Positions 57,557-64,000 of a stretch of DNA of 64,000 nucleotides are shown here, piece after piece (position 1 is the first letter of the stretch; the number at the start of each line of letters is the position of its first letter). The notes beneath the pieces are model-generated. The model made no database searches and was not told where the DNA came from. It saw only the letters and a list, made by a program, of their open reading frames with translations. This stretch comes from Candidatus Poseidoniales archaeon. Lineage in GTDB: Archaea; Thermoplasmatota; Poseidoniia; Poseidoniales; Thalassarchaeaceae. Position numbers and translations under genes: made by a program. The stretch is from contig JAPOFX010000001.1 of the NCBI GenBank assembly GCA_028283505.1, positions 8,197-72,196 on the forward strand, written 5' to 3'.

Positions 57557-59728
57557 ATGCTCACCAGCTCCCAGACTAGGATCCTCTCTCGGCTGGCAGA
57601 ATTTGGCGAGCATTTTGACAAAGCTTGGGACGTCCCCCGAGAATTGTCATTGCCGGGACTGGCCGAGTCCCTTGGAGTGGTCAGATCCGCATTGCACGCC
57701 CCACTCTCTCAATTGGAATCAGAGGGACTAATCTCGACCAGAACGGCGCATGTCATTGGAGGGGGGTCAAGAAAGAGGACGGTAGTGAATATTACACCTG
57801 AGGGAAGAATAGTCATCTCGGAACAGAAACTACCTGCAACTCAGAGGAAAGGAGGAGTAATCGGACCGGCACCGGATCCCATTGTTGTCTATGGTCGGTA
57901 TTCCGAAATTCAGGAGATTGTAGAGGTAGTCAAGGAAGGAAGGTCAACAATAATTAGTGGATTGCCAGGAATCGGCAAGTCAACACTTGCTAGGGCAGTA
58001 TCTTCCGATCTTGAGAACCTAGGATGGACGATAAGGTGGGCAAACTGCTCATTCGGAACCGATGCAAAGTCAATTGGAGAAATGTGGTTAGGCAAATCGT
58101 CCCCATCTAACATCGAAGCAATTCTAGAGGCCCTCCCCTCCAATAAAACTCTTCTAGTTCTGGATGAGGCACAAGAATTGCACCCAAGGCATTCGAGGTC
58201 TATTAGTCACCTTGTCTCAGAAGCCTCGTCTCGTTGCCCGGTAATCCTGGTGGTTAGAGCCCCAAATCCACTTGAGATTAAAGGGCAATTCTCTGATCTA
58301 CGTTTGGATGGATTAGAGGTAGAAAATGCAGTAAAGCTACTCTCCAAACGGACAGATCCAGTCACAGCCGAAGCAGTATCAAACTCACTTGGAGGACACC
58401 CGCTAGCAATCAGACTTTGGACTCCAGATGAGGGAATTCCAGAGAAAACTAAGGCAGTTTTAGATTATGTGAAGGACACTGTAATTAACAAGCTTTCAGA
58501 ACAAGGCAAGAAAACTCTTGACGAATTATCCATTGCGCCTTACCCGTTGGGTTCTCAAGAGCTGTACTCTGAAGCAGGGATTGCAGAGTTAGACAATTCC
58601 GCGGTTTTGAAATGGTCGGATGGGCTAATGGAAACACACCATCTTGTCAGGAACGTGAGAAAGGCTACATTGGATCAAAAGACGCTGTCTAGGATGCATC
58701 ATACTGAAGCTAAGAAATGGTCAACTAGAGAAGGCGGGAGGGCGAGGAAGATTGAGGCCTATCACAGATCTATGTCAGGCCGAGATGGCGATCTAGAATG
58801 GATAGAGGAAAACATCAGTTTGATCTCAAATCAGGATAGCTCAATAGCGGCAGTAGTGATAGAGAACGCATTGAAGGTGAATGATAGCCAGAAACTAAGA
58901 AGCGATGCGGCATCACTCGCATTGGATAGGGGAGAGACAAAAATTGCAGAGACGCATATTTCCAAGATGAATCATGGCCCGTCGAAGAAACTGTTTGAAT
59001 CAAGACTAGCAAGGATGGATGGTAAGTTATCTGATGCCCAGAGGCTTGAGGAGGAGGCCGTCTCTTTGTCTGACCCGAGCCAACGGGCGAAGATCGAGAT
59101 TGCGTCAGTAATCAGGAGATTCGATGACAGGCTTCCCGGGAGGATGAGTAAATTAGAGTCCGATAGGATACTAAATCAGATTTCCAGAATTAGGTTGGAT
59201 GGGATTCCATTTGAGGAAAAGGACTCAGCTATCCTGTCTCTAGAGTTAGTAAAATATGGAATAGCTCTCAACAATTCAGATTTAGCAGATGCATCAAAAT
59301 CCAGAGCGGAGATTGAATCAAGGGTTTCTGAGGAAGATATTATCCTTGACATCCTAGACATCAAGGCCGGGATCTCCAGAATGGTTGATGATAAATTGTC
59401 TGAAGGAGCCATCTCATCCGCCGAAGACCTAATTTCCCGAATAAGTGATTATCCCAGTAGAATAAGCGTCATTCATGCAACGCTAGAAGCTGTGGGTACA
59501 GAGATTCCGGACTGGCTCGCTGTTGCCCATAGAGAATCATGTACGCACAATCTCAGGGAGGATATCCCGTCTCACAGAAGACTGTCTGCACATAGGTGGT
59601 ACTGGAGAGGAGTTTTGGAGCCATCAAACAGAATCTCACACTGGACCGAGGCAATAAGCAGATTCAAAGCGGCTGAGTGCAGAAATGCGGCCAATGATCT
59701 ACTCGCTATGTTGTCCAAGGGAATCTAG
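57557..59728 (+). CDS. wHTH + STAND-class P-loop NTPase + helical (TPR-like) repeat protein
   Basis: N-terminal wHTH GLAESLGVVRSALHAPLSQLESEGLI; VYGRYSE; Walker A GLPGIGKST; Walker B LLVLDE; GxP motif GGHPLAI. Track start is 57539. Confidence 0.75.
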   Translation: MLTSSQTRILSRLAEFGEHFDKAWDVPRELSLPGLAESLGVVRSALHAPLSQLESEGLISTRTAHVIGGGSRKRTVVNITPEGRIVISEQKLPATQRKGGVIGPAPDPIVVYGRYSEIQEIVEVVKEGRSTIISGLPGIGKSTLARAVSSDLENLGWTIRWANCSFGTDAKSIGEMWLGKSSPSNIEAILEALPSNKTLLVLDEAQELHPRHSRSISHLVSEASSRCPVILVVRAPNPLEIKGQFSDLRLDGLEVENAVKLLSKRTDPVTAEAVSNSLGGHPLAIRLWTPDEGIPEKTKAVLDYVKDTVINKLSEQGKKTLDELSIAPYPLGSQELYSEAGIAELDNSAVLKWSDGLMETHHLVRNVRKATLDQKTLSRMHHTEAKKWSTREGGRARKIEAYHRSMSGRDGDLEWIEENISLISNQDSSIAAVVIENALKVNDSQKLRSDAASLALDRGETKIAETHISKMNHGPSKKLFESRLARMDGKLSDAQRLEEEAVSLSDPSQRAKIEIASVIRRFDDRLPGRMSKLESDRILNQISRIRLDGIPFEEKDSAILSLELVKYGIALNNSDLADASKSRAEIESRVSEEDIILDILDIKAGISRMVDDKLSEGAISSAEDLISRISDYPSRISVIHATLEAVGTEIPDWLAVAHRESCTHNLREDIPSHRRLSAHRWYWRGVLEPSNRISHWTEAISRFKAAECRNAANDLLAMLSKGI

Positions 59729-61722
59729 CTTCCTTCCTCGAACCCATCCTCAGTAACAATGTCCCCAACAACCTCTTCAATCTCATAGTCCGGGTAGTCC
59801 TCGCGATCAATCAAACTTTCAAGCCTAGCCCACTGTAACCCAGCTACGACAAGGGCGACTAAAAGGACGATCACCATGAATGACAGAACTCCGAAGATCA
59901 CTACTCCCATTGAATCCCCGCCACCAGACTCCTGTGCCTTTTCTTCGCCGACGATGTAAATTGCTGTGGCCAAGTTCGTAGAGGATTCGGCTCCTGATAT
60001 TGCCCTAACCAGAATTACCTGCGACCCCTCAATAGTATTGTTGGGAAGGTACTGAAGTCTGTCAACTAGGAGACTGTGCGAGACTTCAAAATCCGCTTCT
60101 CCGGGATTAAAATCAGGTAGATCCATCCAGTTGTCTCGCATGTCCCAAGTCCTCCATTGAACCCTCTGTATTCCTCCCTCCAAATTGTAGGAAACGGAAT
60201 CTCCAGGATTAATCCAGACCCTGTTGTCAATGCCATAATCACTTGCTAGAGTAACATTCAGGGTAAGACTCAGCTCGTAGTCGTAATTCGCAGCTTCTTC
60301 GACTGCTGGCTGGGCGTTGACATGTCCGTGACCATACACGTTATTCTGACGATTTTTCGGAATTGCATCCTCAGCACAAGGCTCGTTTGCCAACATATAA
60401 TGGCATTCTCGATATGTAGCGGTCTCCTGCATTATGTTTCGAATATCAAATGGGCTCAGATCAGGATTGGCTTGGTACATCAGAACGGCGACACCAGCCG
60501 CGCCTGGGGTTGCCATGCTGGTTCCGGAGAGCGCGACATAGCCGTCTCCCGTATTTGCGTCTGGGGCATTAACGCTACTTCCCACAAATGCCACGTTTGG
60601 TTTTACCCTGCCCTCCTCTGTCGGGCCTTGGCTTGAATATACAGCGATCGCAGTATTTTTGTCAAGTGAACCTACAGTAATTACGTCCTCCGCGCTTCCG
60701 GGGGTCCCAATTGTTGCGGTCCCTCCACTGTTTCCGGCCGCGATGAAAAGCGTGACTCCGGCCCTCATCATTTCGTTTGCCATTCTATTGACCGACTCTT
60801 CTTCCGAGGAAGTCCACTCTATTGCCCCTGTGAGAGCCCCAAGACTCATGCTAGCCGCTCTAATATTGAATTCATGCCTCTTCTCAACAGTCCATTCCAT
60901 TCCTGCCATGACTGCGGCGAAAGATCCGCTTCCACCGCCGTCTAGTACCTTGACACCAACCAAGTTTGCCCGAGGGGCCACGCCGATGTGTCGGTAATCA
61001 GGGGCGCCCGTACCAGCGGTGATTCCTGCACAGTGAGTGCCATGCCCGTTGTCATCATAGGGGAATATCTCCGTTCCATTGGTTGCCCCGGGATTGTTGA
61101 TGGCGTCATAGAATGCTACGATTTTTGGGTCATTTGTCTTGTTATCATCATCCAAATCGTCCAGAGCGGTATGATTACCGTCGATTCCAGTGTCAATTAT
61201 TGCCATGGTCACTCCTTCACCTGTGTAACCAGTGTCCTGCCATACCAAATCAACACCGTGAGCTGGAACGACATCCTCCATCTGTATCCCGAGGATTCCG
61301 TCCAGCTCGACGAAAACGACTCCTGGAAGGTCGACTAGATCGTGAATTCTTTCTAGCTCCACAGTCCCTGCGATTGAATCAATTAACCAGTACCTAAACT
61401 CCAACTCGAAGTCCACCTCACTAGCCAGCATCTCCTCGTCATCTTCAGTTGGGGTATGATCAAAGTCGACTATAACGGATATTCTGCCATCTTCATCTAG
61501 GTAGTCGTGTTGATTATTCTGAGCCGCTATCCAAATAGCATCATGGACGAAATCGCCGTCTTTGTCCATACTTGTGTTCATCCACCATTTCTCATCCATG
61601 GGCGAATCTTCGTTGAAGGGAGGGGAACCAGCAGTAGCTATAGTCGGAAGAAGCATCATCAAGAAGAAGGCCAGTGAGGCCATCTTGCCCCTCGTCTCAG
61701 ATTTTACAAACTCACCATTCAT
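59725..61722 (-). CDS. Secreted, membrane-anchored subtilisin-like serine protease (S8)
   Basis: Catalytic triad IIDTG, GHGTHCAG and SGTSMATP; oxyanion AAGNSG; signal peptide, propeptide and C-terminal TM. Confidence 0.93.
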   Translation of the reverse strand: MNGEFVKSETRGKMASLAFFLMMLLPTIATAGSPPFNEDSPMDEKWWMNTSMDKDGDFVHDAIWIAAQNNQHDYLDEDGRISVIVDFDHTPTEDDEEMLASEVDFELEFRYWLIDSIAGTVELERIHDLVDLPGVVFVELDGILGIQMEDVVPAHGVDLVWQDTGYTGEGVTMAIIDTGIDGNHTALDDLDDDNKTNDPKIVAFYDAINNPGATNGTEIFPYDDNGHGTHCAGITAGTGAPDYRHIGVAPRANLVGVKVLDGGGSGSFAAVMAGMEWTVEKRHEFNIRAASMSLGALTGAIEWTSSEEESVNRMANEMMRAGVTLFIAAGNSGGTATIGTPGSAEDVITVGSLDKNTAIAVYSSQGPTEEGRVKPNVAFVGSSVNAPDANTGDGYVALSGTSMATPGAAGVAVLMYQANPDLSPFDIRNIMQETATYRECHYMLANEPCAEDAIPKNRQNNVYGHGHVNAQPAVEEAANYDYELSLTLNVTLASDYGIDNRVWINPGDSVSYNLEGGIQRVQWRTWDMRDNWMDLPDFNPGEADFEVSHSLLVDRLQYLPNNTIEGSQVILVRAISGAESSTNLATAIYIVGEEKAQESGGGDSMGVVIFGVLSFMVIVLLVALVVAGLQWARLESLIDREDYPDYEIEEVVGDIVTEDGFEEGS

Positions 61723-61958
61723 ATCTCAGCACCAATCAGTGTCCTAGTCTCCGCAATACCCTCTATTGATCTGATCTCCTGGAGAACGCACTTTGTCAAT
61801 TCCTCATCGTCCTCTGCTTCGAGTTTAACAAATAGGTCATGCATTCCAAAGACAATCCACTGTCCTGAAACGTGCCCAATCTTGGAGACCGCTTCCCTAA
61901 CTGAGACCTCGGCTCCAGGCTCAGTAGTAATCAGAACAAATCCTACAGCCACAATCAC
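61719..61958 (-). CDS. Stand-alone Lrp/AsnC ligand-binding (RAM) domain protein
   Basis: FVLITTEPG..VFGMHDLFVKLE..IRSIEGIAETRTLI; no HTH. Confidence 0.85.
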   Translation of the reverse strand: MIVAVGFVLITTEPGAEVSVREAVSKIGHVSGQWIVFGMHDLFVKLEAEDDEELTKCVLQEIRSIEGIAETRTLIGAEI

Positions 61959-62188
61959 ACCTCAACCGCAATTAGAGTCTCAGTTCTGACAACTCCCTCT
62001 ATGGATCTCATTTGTCCTATTAGTGCCCTAGCCATCTGTTGCTCGTCCTCAAAATCAATGCGAGCTACTAGATCATACTCCCCATACGAAACATGGGTCT
62101 CTGACACGGCTTCAAGATCTAGGAGTGTTAGATATACGTCTAATTCTTTCTGAGGGGCGGTTTTAATAAGGACGAATGCGGTATTCAC
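61955..62188 (-). CDS. Stand-alone Lrp/AsnC ligand-binding (RAM) domain protein
   Basis: AFVLIKT..YGEYDLVARI..RSIEGVVRTETLI. Likely start GTG 62188 (track 62254). Confidence 0.85.
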   Translation of the reverse strand: MNTAFVLIKTAPQKELDVYLTLLDLEAVSETHVSYGEYDLVARIDFEDEQQMARALIGQMRSIEGVVRTETLIAVEV

Positions 62189-62295
62189 AACAACCCCAAT
62201 CCTCCCGAATACTTCCTGCTTATGACCTCTCCTATCACATAAACTCCAACTCAATGTTACGAAGGGATAACATGGAATGAGTCAACCCAAAGCAT

Positions 62296-64000
62296 GTGCG
62301 TGCCCCAGACTACAGGCCGAGAATGGCATTCGCTATCATGGCTATACTTATCTTGGTATTATGCTCTAATCTCGTTTCATCCTCTGAATCTAGAACTACC
62401 ACCGTTTGGTCCGGAAATGTCATTCTACCAGATGGTTATCTTGTTGATTCGGGCGAAGTCCTCTCAATCTCACCAGGGACAACTGTCAGTATCGGATCTG
62501 GCCATTCACTGGACGTTGATGGAAGAATCATCGTCTCAGGCAGTGTTTCATCTCCCGTGGTCATGAACTCAATTTCTGGGAATCACGAGGGTTTGGTATT
62601 CAATTACTCGAGTGATGGTCTCGGATCTAGGGTGGAGAACTTATCAGTGGTAGACTCCAAATACGGTGTGACAATTTATGGTAGCGATCCTGTCATCTCA
62701 AATCTGACGGTGAACAATGCTGACAACGTCGCAGTTGACCTGTATGGTGGCGCGTCACCCATAATAGCGGATCTTGTCATTACGGGCGGAGGACAAGACG
62801 TCCACGGATTCTCTACCACATGGAGGTATGGCATAGGCCTATCGATCGGCGCATACTCAACACCGATCGTCCGAGGGGCCCAGATTGACGGGTTAATCAC
62901 TAGAGGAGTCAATCATTGGGGTAATTCAGGCGGACTACTTTCAGATCTAGTCATTTCAAACATAAGCGGGGCTACAATGGCAATCGCCGCAGGTATCTGG
63001 GTCGAGGACTCAATTCCCCTAATCGAGGACTCAATAGTAAGCAGATCGGACAACGGAATCTTCGTCAGGCACATCACGGACGGATGGACGACCAGACCTA
63101 CATTTGTGAGCGTAGTTGTAGAAAACTCGATGTACAGGGGAGTTATGGTCGAGCAGTACAATCACAGTCAATATTCCAACCTACCACTCAATGCTATCTT
63201 CAACGACATTACAGTTAGGGGGACAGGAGGTACGGGGGCAAAAACATCCGGACTTTCCGTGGCCGCATTCGATATCAACACAAGTGGGGTGCACATAGAT
63301 GTCGGGTTGATAGAAGATAACTCAGCAGTCGGATTGAGGGGTTATATGATAGACTCATCCACAATAATCAATAGACTCAACATAATCGGTAATGGCAACC
63401 CCTCAGCAATCTCCCCCTACAATGACAGAGCCGGGATGTTCTTCAGAAGTGCTAACTGGGCACCCACAGTAAACGACCTAGTCGTTCGTAACTCAACGGG
63501 CCCGGGTGTGTTACTCTGGAAAGGAGGAATTCAGGGTAGTTATTGGGACATCAGCAACAATGGAGCCACTGGTTTGGATATCAGAGAGTTTCATCCGGAT
63601 CTGTTCTTAGTGACCAGTCACAATAATTCAGGCCACGGTGTATCCGTGATTGACTCCAGCAATGTTGAACTGGAGCAGATTCACACCTCCTCCAATGGCA
63701 TAGGAACCCTTTTTCCGTCTTCTGGATCGGGCATATACTTTGAAGAATCGAATGATGTGGTGAGTGCTGGTAAGAATGTTAGTTGCATGAATTGCTCATC
63801 ATCCCATGATCAGCACGGGGTGGTGATCAGAGATAGCATTGACATATTCCTAGATAGAATAATCTCAAGAGAGCCCCTATCAGGACCCTCATTAGACATC
63901 GACAATAGTGGCATAACAGAGAGGGAAGGAAGTGTCTCACTGTCAAACATAACCGTGTTCCAGAACTCAAGTACTCATTCTGTGGAACTCAATTTAGCTG
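62296..64000 (+). CDS. Secreted right-handed parallel beta-helix repeat protein (runs off the window edge)
   Basis: Hand-translated frame with no stop from GTG 62296 (or ATG 62323) to the end; signal-like AFAIMAILILVLC, TVWSGNV..LSISPGTTV and repeated N..G[IV] rungs. Confidence 0.8.
   Translation, partial: MRAPDYRPRMAFAIMAILILVLCSNLVSSSESRTTTVWSGNVILPDGYLVDSGEVLSISPGTTVSIGSGHSLDVDGRIIVSGSVSSPVVMNSISGNHEGLVFNYSSDGLGSRVENLSVVDSKYGVTIYGSDPVISNLTVNNADNVAVDLYGGASPIIADLVITGGGQDVHGFSTTWRYGIGLSIGAYSTPIVRGAQIDGLITRGVNHWGNSGGLLSDLVISNISGATMAIAAGIWVEDSIPLIEDSIVSRSDNGIFVRHITDGWTTRPTFVSVVVENSMYRGVMVEQYNHSQYSNLPLNAIFNDITVRGTGGTGAKTSGLSVAAFDINTSGVHIDVGLIEDNSAVGLRGYMIDSSTIINRLNIIGNGNPSAISPYNDRAGMFFRSANWAPTVNDLVVRNSTGPGVLLWKGGIQGSYWDISNNGATGLDIREFHPDLFLVTSHNNSGHGVSVIDSSNVELEQIHTSSNGIGTLFPSSGSGIYFEESNDVVSAGKNVSCMNCSSSHDQHGVVIRDSIDIFLDRIISREPLSGPSLDIDNSGITEREGSVSLSNITVFQNSSTHSVELNLA

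Noticed and set aside
57557-59728. Avs-type antiviral STAND system
   Set aside because: The N-terminal domain is a wHTH rather than a nuclease, protease, TIR or SIR2 effector, and there is no defence-island context; a regulator is more parsimonious.
62294-63161. Track ORFs 62294-62566, 62676-62912 and 62913-63161
   Set aside because: Off-frame or antisense to the long beta-helix ORF that runs to the window end.

Overview
Gene-dense window from an archaeal chromosome. Archaeal markers (L7Ae, S28e, L24e, archaeal S2, deoxyhypusine synthase, Taw1) sit among bacterial-type metabolic genes (maeB, guaB, orn, lat, uvrB/uvrC, alkB-like) and large acidic secreted proteins. This mix is most consistent with Marine Group II Euryarchaeota (Ca. 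Poseidoniales); the taxonomy is inferred, not searched. I call 51 CDS, four of them missing from the ORF track: two large edge-truncated secreted proteins, a 58-aa Hc1-like protein and a 51-aa small ORF. There is one tRNA-Ile(GAT) and a k-turn over the L7Ae start codon. I found no transposase, integrase, rRNA or CRISPR array. The best candidate for an undescribed system is a translationally coupled three-gene operon (30047-34364). It encodes two membrane-anchored Reeler/choice-of-anchor-V-like surface proteins with non-canonical heme-c-like motifs (CNCH and CGGSCH) plus a 4-5 TM protein, and a full-length CcmF heme lyase lies about 9 kb away. Other highlights: a MacB/FtsX-type ABC system whose permease carries a fused DUF805 domain, a wHTH-STAND NTPase-helical repeat protein back-to-back with uvrC, a JAMM protease coupled to a eukaryote-like TYW2, and an AlkB-like enzyme with an altered HYG box. 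All family calls come from motif recognition by eye.
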